Source: Thermoplasmata archaeon
Lineage (GTDB): Archaea; Thermoplasmatota; Penumbrarchaeia; JAEHCK01; GCA-020356005
Direction of reading: 5' to 3'
Length of the DNA stretch: 51,724 nucleotides
Assembly: GCA_020356005.1 (NCBI GenBank)
Contig: CP070629.1
Location: forward strand, 2,992,765-3,044,488
Below, in pieces: positions 34,345-41,829 of the stretch. Below the pieces are notes generated by a model that was not told where the DNA came from, did not search any database, and was given only the letters and a program-made list of their open reading frames with translations. Every line of letters begins with the position of its first letter. Position 1 is the stretch's first letter. Made by a program: the position numbers and the translations under genes.

Positions 34345-35031
34345 ATGGAAGGTAGCACCAATTCAAAAAGATGTCAGCCCCCCAAAAGTAATAATGCCAT
34401 ATCCGATAAGAAATCCAAGAAGGCAACTACTAATAAGATCAATAAACCCTCAGTTCAATCATCAATGTCTGTAAATCAGGGCTCGAACCTTGTACCTTCC
34501 CGGATTTTTTTCACCAAAGGCTGCGGTCACCATCGTGAGAAGCTTAACAGCTTTGAATTGGCTTTGCGCAATGCAGGCATTGCGAGGTTTAATCTTGTCA
34601 GGGTATCTTCAATTTTCCCACCGGGCTGTAAAATAATTAAAAGGGACGAAGGATTTGCCGAACTCCAAACCGGCCAAATCGTTCATTGTGTGATAAGTGA
34701 AAACGCCGCCAATGAACCGAACCGGCTAATTGCAGCCTCCATTGGTGTTGCCATCCCTGCAGACCGAACGCACCACGGTTATCTGAGCGAGCATCACTCC
34801 TTCGGTGAGGGAGAGCGGGTGGCAGGTGACTACGCCGAGGATCTGGCTGCTGAAATGCTTGCAACTACAGTTGGAATCGAATTTGACCCCGATACCGGTT
34901 ATGATGAACTGCGCGAGATATACAAAATCGATGGGAGGATAATCAACTCACGCAACATCACCCAATCCGCTGTTTGCGCCAAGGATAAGAAATGGACCAC
35001 GGTACTTGCAGCAGCAGTGTTTTTACCGTAA
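34345..35031 (+). CDS. pdaD: Pyruvoyl-dependent arginine decarboxylase with an N-terminal Lys/Ser/Asn-rich extension
   Basis: The core starts at VPSRIFFTKGCG. The self-processing region is NLVRVSSIFPPGC. The segment VAIPADRTHHGYLSEHH is also present. An alternative internal start is ATG 34465. Confidence 0.88.
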   Translation: MEGSTNSKRCQPPKSNNAISDKKSKKATTNKINKPSVQSSMSVNQGSNLVPSRIFFTKGCGHHREKLNSFELALRNAGIARFNLVRVSSIFPPGCKIIKRDEGFAELQTGQIVHCVISENAANEPNRLIAASIGVAIPADRTHHGYLSEHHSFGEGERVAGDYAEDLAAEMLATTVGIEFDPDTGYDELREIYKIDGRIINSRNITQSAVCAKDKKWTTVLAAAVFLP

Positions 35032-35032
35032 A

Positions 35033-35187
35033 GAGGCGCTAGGCGCTAGAGAGGAGGCGCTAGGGTAATCTCATTCGATTATAGACTCTCTCGAACCTAA
35101 AGACCAATAACATAGAATCCTATTCCATCGATTTAACAGCACCCTAGCGCCTAATCTCTAGTCTCTAGCGCCTGATTTTATCGATTC
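35033..35187. repeat. Inverted 7-mer word arrays (GGCGCTAG-type) flanking an 74-bp spacer
   Basis: The left arm is gaggcgctaggcgctagagaggaggcgctagggt (35033-35066). The right arm is accctagcgcctaatctctagtctctagcgcct (35141-35173), followed by gattttatcgattc. Confidence 0.8.
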
Positions 35188-35309
35188 AAAAGCTTTACTC
35201 ATTAAAACAAATCTTATTAATAATTCTATAATTATAAAATTGTTAGTTTATTCTTGTAACTATACCAGCGATTTGGCACAAACTATTTTTAGTTGAAAAT
35301 TATACGGCT

Positions 35310-35669
35310 ATGCGAGGTGTTGTTTTGCCACAAGGAATATTAAAATTGATACAACCCAATGGTGATATAATCTATATTGTTTGTGAAGATGTGCCACCAG
35401 CAGATGGTACAGAAGGAAAATTGGTAATCAACGGTGTTAGTCGTAGAGAAGCAACCGTGGAGGGTGGAGAACCTTATAAATTTATTTCCATACCACGAAC
35501 AGCGGATGATAATCTGCCGGTTGTGGACCAAGAAAATATTCTCGAAATCAACCTTACCGAGGATGTTTCCGAGGACCATCTTATACTACCCTACAACGGC
35601 GGTGTACCCAACGTTGAAGTCTCTATAAAATTCAGGACTACTGATAGCGGCGAGGCTCCACCACCGTGA
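35310..35669 (+). CDS. Hypothetical protein
   Basis: 119-aa ORF with no recognisable motif. Coding status rests on ORF length and the absence of a competing frame. Confidence 0.45.
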   Translation: MRGVVLPQGILKLIQPNGDIIYIVCEDVPPADGTEGKLVINGVSRREATVEGGEPYKFISIPRTADDNLPVVDQENILEINLTEDVSEDHLILPYNGGVPNVEVSIKFRTTDSGEAPPP

Positions 35670-35769
35670 GGAAAACAGTAATATCAATATCTACGCTACA
35701 ACAAAATAAATCAAAACAAGCATAAATAACATTCCTATATCAGGATTGGTGAGTGAAAATAAATACCGC

Positions 35770-38736
35770 TCACGATATTAATTCTTCAAGTTCAGTGGTA
35801 ACTACGTCTATGTATTTTACCGCTCCAAGCTTCTTATAAATTTTTAATGCCTCTTGCAGATATCTCCGGCCCTCTACAATAGAGTCGGGGGTCCCCTGTT
35901 CCGCCAGCAGCAGGCCCAGCTGACGGTTACAATCTGCAAGATAGTACGGGACATTCAGGTTTTTTAAAAGTGCTCTACTTCTTTCAAAATATTTGCGGGC
36001 TGTATCCCATACCTTCTTTTGTTTGTTAATGATACCGTAATTCATCCATGCAAGCGCAATCATAGGTTTTTCATCAAGCCTGGTGAAGATCTCCAGGGCT
36101 CTATTGGTGTATTCCATAGCCTTATCCAGCTGGTTTTTGCGTGCGTAGGCTTCAGCGGCATTTGAATACCCGTAACCTTTTACACGGATATTACCAGACC
36201 GCTCAGCGAGTTCAATACATTTTTCATTCGATTCGATTACCTTGTCGAATTCACTTAACTCACAGTAAGTGACACCAATTCCGGCATAAGCCTTGGCTAG
36301 CTCTGAATAATTCTCCGTTTCGGACAGCAATTCTGTACATTTTTTATAATATCTCATTGCCGCTTTATATTCACCATGCTGTGATGAAATTGTTGCTATA
36401 GATCTATAGCCCCTGGCAATTTCATTGGGAGATTCCATTTTTACTGCAAGTTCCATGAAATTCTGATAATATTCCATTGCCTGAAGATGCTCACCCATTC
36501 TCTCATGTACAGAGCCCAGGCCGTAATAACTTTCCATCTGACCGGATTGATAGTTCGATTCCTCTGCAATTGAAAGGCCTTTTTTAAAATGCTCGATAGC
36601 TTCCTTCCAGGCCGAGCGGTACATATGAATCAATCCTGCATAGGTGTATGCATCGGCACGTTTCATGTCATCCTCAAGTTTTTCACTCAATTCCAGTAAA
36701 GCTTTTGAATATTTCAAAGCCTGGTCCCATTCACCGATAAGAGTTTCGAGTTCGGTTAGCTTAACCATAACCTCAGTTTTTTGCATCTTTAATGATAATC
36801 CTTCTGAAGGTTCCGCTCCCATTAGCTCGGTGCTGTCCAGCGCCCATTTGTAGAATGTTGTTGCCTTTTCAGGTGCGAAACCCATAATGGCCTTCTCACC
36901 TGCTCTTATTGCATACCGGAGGCATCGTCTGTAATCCCCGCCGTAATAACAATGCTCTGCAAGCTCATAAAGAACGGGATCAAGATCGTTTTGATATTTA
37001 TCTTCCATTGCTTCCACAGCTTTCGTATGCAGCAGCCTTTTCCGCGATTGCCCAAGACCTTCATACAGCACCTCGCAGATTTTATTATGTGCAAAACGGT
37101 AACGAACGGGCTGGCCGATGCTTGTGGGCAGCTCCTTAATTAATTGAAGCCTGACCAGATCGTCGAGATGCGTGACCAGTAGATGCTCGTGCAGTGCAGA
37201 TACGGTAGATAAAATATCATATTCGAACTCCAGGCCCAGCACCGAAGCACTCTCTAAAGCGATTCTCATGGATTTATCAAGTCTATCCGTTCTGGCGTTC
37301 ACCACATCTTTGATAGAATCGGGTGTGGCGATATCTTTAATATCGCGGCTGAGCGTCCATGATTCGAGCTTTTCATCGTAATAAATAACAGATTCTTCTT
37401 CTAGAGACCGTATGAGCTCTTCAATGAAAAACGCATTACCCTCTGTTTCTTTATAAATGAATTGAATAAGTTTCTTGGGGAATTTCGAACTGGTCAAAAG
37501 CGATTCGATCAGCATACCGGTTTCCTGTTCATCGAAGCGTTCCAGCGTAACTATTTTAACCAATTTTTCAGATGACATTCTATTTAATAGTGTCTGGAAA
37601 GGGTGGGGTTTGATCGGGTCAATCAGGTCCTCGGGCCGGTAGGAGCCGATTATTGCCACCGGCTGGTTCTTTACTGCTCGGGCAAGGTAATGCAGTAGAT
37701 GCAAGGCGCCTGCATCGGCCCAATGTAAATCGTCAATGAACAGCGCAACCGGCTTGGTGGAGGCGATATCAAGAATCTGCTGGGTGATGGCCTCGAAGAT
37801 CCGCTCCCGGCCTTGCTTGAGCACTTCTTCATTCAGCTTACTTCCCGCGGCGGTTGTATCGTTGAACACCTGGTTTCCATCCGGCAGTTCTCCATTCATT
37901 AAATCAATTGAAGTCATATCCCTTTCTATCAATGCCATTTGCTTTTTATCGATGGTGCTAGGGTTTATGGGTATTATTAATATACATTTATGCAGGGCAG
38001 TGGAATCCACGATTTCATTAACGAACCTCAGCATTTTATCAAATTCTACATTACCCATAATATATTCCAGTCCGTCCAGCATGATCACAGTATTTGGCCG
38101 GCTTTTTATAAATGAAGTAATCTCATGCGAGATCTTGGTCAGAGAGGGCGGTATGCACCCCTCTCCACCCTTTTTAGTGAGCCAGAATACCTTTGTACCT
38201 TCGCGCCCGGTGAGGTTCCCCAGCTTTTCTGTGGGGATCCTGGTGATACACAGCCCGTTATTACCGCGGTCTATCAACGCAGAGAACGCAGCAAGTGAGC
38301 GATCAGCTTTGGGCTCCTTTATCATGTAAGCCCCGAATGGCATTTGCGGGTCCTCTGCCAACCTGTTACCAATTACCGGAATCTTGGCTAGCTCGGCTGC
38401 TAAAACATTTTCCTCGGTAACAGCAGCTTCCCGCAGTGTTTTCACAGCCAGATTTTCCTGATCCATTGACCCGACCCAATCCTTCAGAGCGTCGTTGAAA
38501 GGCAGATACGGGTCTGTACCCTCGTAATGAATACAGCTTGCCGTAAGCCAGTTAAAAGATTGACCGGGTTGCCGACTTCGTACCTCATTTATCAGCCTGG
38601 TCTTACCAATTCCGGCCTCCCCGCTAATAAAGATAATTTGCCCCTTTCCTTTACCTGCCAAGTTAAGCAGTGCATTAAGTTCGTCTAACTCCTTTTGCCG
38701 CCCGATAAATTCGGCGGTTTCAGCGATACTGAGCAT
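35770..38736 (-). CDS. STAND-type (AAA_16-like) ATPase with a DUF835-like insertion and a C-terminal TPR array
   Basis: FIGRQKELDEL...ISGEAGIGKTRL contains Walker A at aa 39-46. Walker B ALFIDDLHWAD is at aa 331-341, followed by SYRPEDL and TEGNAFFIEEL. The inserted segment spans about aa 136-278 (GLCITRIP...VFWLT...VIMLDGLEYIM...FVNEIVD...LIIPINP). There are at least 8 TPR-like repeats (A.AY..(L/I)G..Y......A...Y). Confidence 0.85.
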   Translation of the reverse strand: MLSIAETAEFIGRQKELDELNALLNLAGKGKGQIIFISGEAGIGKTRLINEVRSRQPGQSFNWLTASCIHYEGTDPYLPFNDALKDWVGSMDQENLAVKTLREAAVTEENVLAAELAKIPVIGNRLAEDPQMPFGAYMIKEPKADRSLAAFSALIDRGNNGLCITRIPTEKLGNLTGREGTKVFWLTKKGGEGCIPPSLTKISHEITSFIKSRPNTVIMLDGLEYIMGNVEFDKMLRFVNEIVDSTALHKCILIIPINPSTIDKKQMALIERDMTSIDLMNGELPDGNQVFNDTTAAGSKLNEEVLKQGRERIFEAITQQILDIASTKPVALFIDDLHWADAGALHLLHYLARAVKNQPVAIIGSYRPEDLIDPIKPHPFQTLLNRMSSEKLVKIVTLERFDEQETGMLIESLLTSSKFPKKLIQFIYKETEGNAFFIEELIRSLEEESVIYYDEKLESWTLSRDIKDIATPDSIKDVVNARTDRLDKSMRIALESASVLGLEFEYDILSTVSALHEHLLVTHLDDLVRLQLIKELPTSIGQPVRYRFAHNKICEVLYEGLGQSRKRLLHTKAVEAMEDKYQNDLDPVLYELAEHCYYGGDYRRCLRYAIRAGEKAIMGFAPEKATTFYKWALDSTELMGAEPSEGLSLKMQKTEVMVKLTELETLIGEWDQALKYSKALLELSEKLEDDMKRADAYTYAGLIHMYRSAWKEAIEHFKKGLSIAEESNYQSGQMESYYGLGSVHERMGEHLQAMEYYQNFMELAVKMESPNEIARGYRSIATISSQHGEYKAAMRYYKKCTELLSETENYSELAKAYAGIGVTYCELSEFDKVIESNEKCIELAERSGNIRVKGYGYSNAAEAYARKNQLDKAMEYTNRALEIFTRLDEKPMIALAWMNYGIINKQKKVWDTARKYFERSRALLKNLNVPYYLADCNRQLGLLLAEQGTPDSIVEGRRYLQEALKIYKKLGAVKYIDVVTTELEELIS

Positions 38737-38878
38737 TTATACCAGCTTATAATATTAAATATCTGACAATTTTTTTGTAACTACCCTCCGTTAACACATA
38801 CAATAATGAACCATACTATAAAGATTGTGGTTTTCTTATTAATTATTATATTTTTATTTTTAGGAGATATAAGTTAAT

Positions 38879-39051
38879 AGTGTAAAAGTATAAAAGTGGA
38901 TGAGTGGAAAAGTTATAGTCGACTCGAAATCTTTTGTTAATCCCTTCGATAGTTGGTAGTCGATAGTACGAGTGTACGAGTGAAACAGTGTAAAAGTGGA
39001 ATTGTGTAAGAGTGGAATTTTGCACTTTTGTACTTTTCTACTCTTTTACTG
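38879..39051. repeat. Modular intergenic repeat: C-poor GTGTAAAAG/GTGGA word arrays, a TAGTCGATAGTACGAGTGTA module, and a complementary G-poor arm
   Basis: The sequence contains agtgtaaaagtataaaagtggatgagtggaaaag, then tagtcgatagtacgagtgtacgagtg, then gtgtaaaagtggaattgtgtaagagtggaatttt, followed by gcacttttgtacttttctactcttttac. Confidence 0.7.
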
Positions 39052-39073
39052 ATGCACTATACATATACTGAAA

Positions 39074-39637
39074 TTAATTTAAATTCTTTATTTGCTTTCT
39101 GCACCGCCTGCAGTAATTCTCTGATTTATGATCTGTATCTTCCAGGCGGTTTGAAAAGTGCATAACACAGGTGTCTCGTTCACAGTGCCGGAGCCCGAAG
39201 GTGTGGCCCAGTTCATGCACTGCCTCTTTTATCATACGTGTTACAAAGACCTCCCGGGGTTCAAGTTTGCGTTTGCCGATGATCCAGAACTGATTGTATT
39301 TCAGTCTAACAGTTGAGATAACAGCCGCCCGCCCGGATATTTCAGCTTGACCGAAAATGAAGTTCAGACCCGGCGTATAGAGATCTTCACCTGTTACACC
39401 CAGAACCCTGAGATAATTTGATTTGATCCCTCCTGCTTCCTTACTTACCATTTCCATGAAGGGTGCCGCATCGTACTGTCCCTGTTTTTTATCGGCTGCC
39501 GATGGGCTAGGCAGCGGACGGGCTGGTAGTATCTTAATTTCCAAATTCAGGTTCCGCTGAAGACCCTTTGATAAATCTTTCAGATCTTCTTCAGGGACAT
39601 CTCCAATGGGCAAAACTGCTATAGCTCTTGATGACAT
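39074..39637 (-). CDS. amzA: Archaemetzincin (zinc metalloprotease)
   Basis: HELGHTFGLRHCERDTCVMHFSN (HExxHxxGxxHC plus a Cys motif) and a C-terminal CRRC. The ATG immediately follows the TBP stop (TAAATG). Confidence 0.9.
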   Translation of the reverse strand: MSSRAIAVLPIGDVPEEDLKDLSKGLQRNLNLEIKILPARPLPSPSAADKKQGQYDAAPFMEMVSKEAGGIKSNYLRVLGVTGEDLYTPGLNFIFGQAEISGRAAVISTVRLKYNQFWIIGKRKLEPREVFVTRMIKEAVHELGHTFGLRHCERDTCVMHFSNRLEDTDHKSENYCRRCRKQIKNLN

Positions 39638-40159
39638 TTACGACATCAAACCTGTAATTTCCAATTCCTGGATGAGTTCGGTGAATGCCAGCTCTAAATC
39701 CTCTTCGTTCTTTGCGCCCGTACAGACGATCTTCCCGGAATCGAACAGTAATGTGCTCACCGATGGAACGCTGGCATGGTACACGAGCCCGGCGAAGTGT
39801 TCCGGGTCGTACTCCACCCTCTCCTGGCCCAGCGTAATTGCCAGCGCATTTAAATTAAGCAGCTTGTGAAGATCAACACTTGCCACGATGCTCTGGATAT
39901 TAATTTCCACTGGCTGGTTGACACGAATTCCAAGATCTCTAAGCTGCTGCACCACCCCATTCAGGATTTTGTTCACGGTTTCGATATCCTTTACGCCGGT
40001 ACACACAAGCTTACCGTTACTGAAAAAAATAATAGCTCCTTTAGGATCCTTGACATGATATATCAAGCCCGGGAACTGTGAGGGTTCGTATTCGATATTG
40101 TTTAATGCAGTGGCGATCTGTTGTAGATTTAATTTAGTTCCCGTGTCGGCCGAAGCCAC
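39638..40159 (-). CDS. tbp: TATA-box binding protein (two repeats). The true start is probably upstream of the first canonical start codon.
   Basis: Repeat 1 is LNLQQIATALNNIEYEPSQFPGLIYHVKDPKGAIIFFSNGKLVCTG. Repeat 2 is IQSIVASVDLHKLLNLNALAITLGQERVEYDPEHFAGLVYH...LLFDSGKIVCTGAK. The in-frame upstream codons encode IRIEFKIENVV, the missing first strand. Confidence 0.92.
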   Translation of the reverse strand: MASADTGTKLNLQQIATALNNIEYEPSQFPGLIYHVKDPKGAIIFFSNGKLVCTGVKDIETVNKILNGVVQQLRDLGIRVNQPVEINIQSIVASVDLHKLLNLNALAITLGQERVEYDPEHFAGLVYHASVPSVSTLLFDSGKIVCTGAKNEEDLELAFTELIQELEITGLMS

Positions 40160-40232
40160 AACGTTTTCGATTTTGAATTCGATCCTTATACCTCCCCCAA
40201 GAGATAATGAAGCAGATGAAAGTGGATTGCTG

Positions 40233-40367
40233 TTAGTCGACAGTCGGCAGTCGATAGTCCGAGTGTAATAGTTGAAGGGTGTATGAGTGTATAGGTGTAA
40301 GGGTGTATGAGTGTATAGGTGTAAGGGTGTATTAGTGTATGGGTGTAAGAGTAGAATAGTGTATTAG
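40233..40367. repeat. TAGTCGACAGTCGGCAGTCGATAG module followed by a C-free 8-mer array (GTGTAWRR), including two perfect 24-nt units
   Basis: gggtgtatgagtgtataggtgtaa occurs at 40277-40300 and again at 40301-40324, followed by a degenerate third unit. There is no C between about 40261 and 40374. Confidence 0.85.
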
Positions 40368-40495
40368 TTTTTAACCCTAAGGTGTTTTATTTTATTGAAT
40401 TCTTTGATATGTTACCTGTAGGGTAATAATTATTGTTCTATTAAAATTTGTCTAATCCAGGAGGGTTGGTTATATAAAATCAGGAGGCCCCCCTT

Positions 40496-40741
40496 CGGGA
40501 AAGACGAAGGAGGAAAGGACGATAGACTAGGGGATTATAAACGTCTTTTTTTAAAACGAGATCGGAAAGAAGAGAAGCGAAAAGCCATTCTTCTCTCGTT
40601 TTTCGGTTTGGGTTAGACGAAGAACGAAAAATGAAGTATGAAAATCATCTTTCGTCTCTCCTCTCTCGCACTTCCTCTTTTATCCAATTGTGTTAACGTT
40701 GATAATCCTATCGTCCCTCTTCTCTCGCACTTCGTCTTTCC
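40496..40741. repeat. Large imperfect palindrome with a purine-rich left half and a pyrimidine-rich right half
   Basis: The outer arms are gggaaagacgaaggaggaaaggacgatag (40496-40524) and ctatcgtccctcttctctcgcacttcgtctttccc (40707-40741). The inner segments are gaaagaagagaagcgaaaag and ctttcgtctctcctctctcgcacttcctc. Confidence 0.7.
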
Positions 40742-40786
40742 CGAAATCAATCTAAAATTGATTAAAAAGCTTTATAAATCGCCCAA

Positions 40787-41662
40787 TTATGTTTCTCCAG
40801 TGCCTTGGCATTCAGGGCAGGTCTCCTGCGGAGGTACTAGATCAAAGTTGTAGTCATCAATTTCGTCCCAATTGTCAGAGACATCAATATTAACCGAAAT
40901 GGTCCGTGTGGAATATCCATTTATATTTTCTGATTTTGAACCTTGATATTTGTCACCGTCATTAATAACTTCCGCATTAACTGTGAATTCGCCGGCAGCG
41001 TAATACTCATTTGAGATTCTTAAATTTACATCCGCATATTTATCAACATCACCTTCTAAAGTGGCCTCATCACTTTCAATAGTATATTCGTAATCCACTT
41101 TACCAGAACCATCACAATACCAGCAATCCTTGGAAGATGTGTCCGTAATGTCAGTGGTGGATTCCAACAACCCCGCATACCAGATCACAAATAATACCAT
41201 ACCGATGGTAATCGCAACAGCGACGATACCTATGACTATTGGCATAGCCGACTTCTTTTTCTTTTTCTTCTTTTTTTTCGCCGGCCGCCGCGGAGGGGGT
41301 GCATTAGCATGGTCCTCATGATGCCGCGACGGGGGATGGTGGGGAGGCTGCCGGGGTGGCTGTCTGGGAGGCGCTGGTGGAGGAACATGATGTGCTCGGG
41401 GAGGAGGTCTTGAAGGCGGTGGAGGGTGCGAGCGCCTGGGTGGCGGAGCCCACCGTGATGGAGGGTGCGGGACAGTTGTGTGGTCGTCAAAGTCGTCATG
41501 CTCTTCAACCTCTAAGGCATCGCTGTCAAAAATCTCAAATTCTTCTTCATCTTCATCCTCGTCATGCGGCGGGGGAATTTCATCTGAAATGTGCCGGCCG
41601 CACTCGGGGCAGACAAGGGCCCAATCTGAAAATTTGGCTCCGCATTCGATGCAAAACGGCAT
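40787..41662 (-). CDS. Bitopic membrane protein: N-terminal zinc ribbon, acidic and Pro-rich low-complexity region, Lys9 tract, TM helix, C-terminal domain with two CxxCxGxG motifs
   Basis: CIECGAKFSDWALVCPEC, then DEDEDEEEFE, then PPPRRSHPPPPSRPPPRAHHVPPPAPPRQPPRQPPHHPPS, then KKKKKKKKK. The TM helix is MPIVIGIVAVAITIGMVLFVIWYAGLL. The two motifs are CWYCDGSG and CPECQGTG. Confidence 0.75.
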   Translation of the reverse strand: MPFCIECGAKFSDWALVCPECGRHISDEIPPPHDEDEDEEEFEIFDSDALEVEEHDDFDDHTTVPHPPSRWAPPPRRSHPPPPSRPPPRAHHVPPPAPPRQPPRQPPHHPPSRHHEDHANAPPPRRPAKKKKKKKKKSAMPIVIGIVAVAITIGMVLFVIWYAGLLESTTDITDTSSKDCWYCDGSGKVDYEYTIESDEATLEGDVDKYADVNLRISNEYYAAGEFTVNAEVINDGDKYQGSKSENINGYSTRTISVNIDVSDNWDEIDDYNFDLVPPQETCPECQGTGET

Positions 41663-41743
41663 GGTATCCCCCTGGCTTTAAATCTAATTTTGCAACGCAT
41701 ACAATATATATAAAATTAACTTGATTGTAGTATAAAGATTTCG

Positions 41744-41829
41744 GAGAGACGAGTAGCGAGTAGCGAGAAGCGAGGGTAATATAGAGTGATGATATCAGGT
41801 TCTAGGTTCTGGGTTCTGGGTTCCAGGGA
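41744..41829. repeat. 7-mer word arrays: CGAGTAG-type followed by ATCAGG + GTTCTRG-type
   Basis: The sequence reads gagagacgagtagcgagtagcgagaagcgaggg ... atcaggttctaggttctgggttctgggttccaggg. Confidence 0.8.

Noticed and set aside
37736-38329. A 197-aa + strand ORF inside the STAND ATPase gene. Similar antisense ORFs occur at 9701..10129, 20556..20990, 12094..12411, 27369..27902, 3625..4005 and 16925..17329.
   Set aside because: Each lies entirely within a longer opposite-strand ORF that has clear family motifs. None has recognisable motifs of its own.
40261-40374. The possibility that the regular intergenic repeat arrays (here and at 7741, 38879, 41744 and 46054) are CRISPR arrays.
   Set aside because: The periods are 7-9 nt, or 24 nt without unique spacers. 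The repeats are degenerate. No 25-40-nt repeat/spacer alternation and no cas genes are present.
40638-40853. A 71-aa + strand ORF.
   Set aside because: It lies in the pyrimidine-rich arm of the 40496-40741 palindrome and runs into the 3' end of the opposite-strand gene. It is most likely a by-product of the repeat composition.
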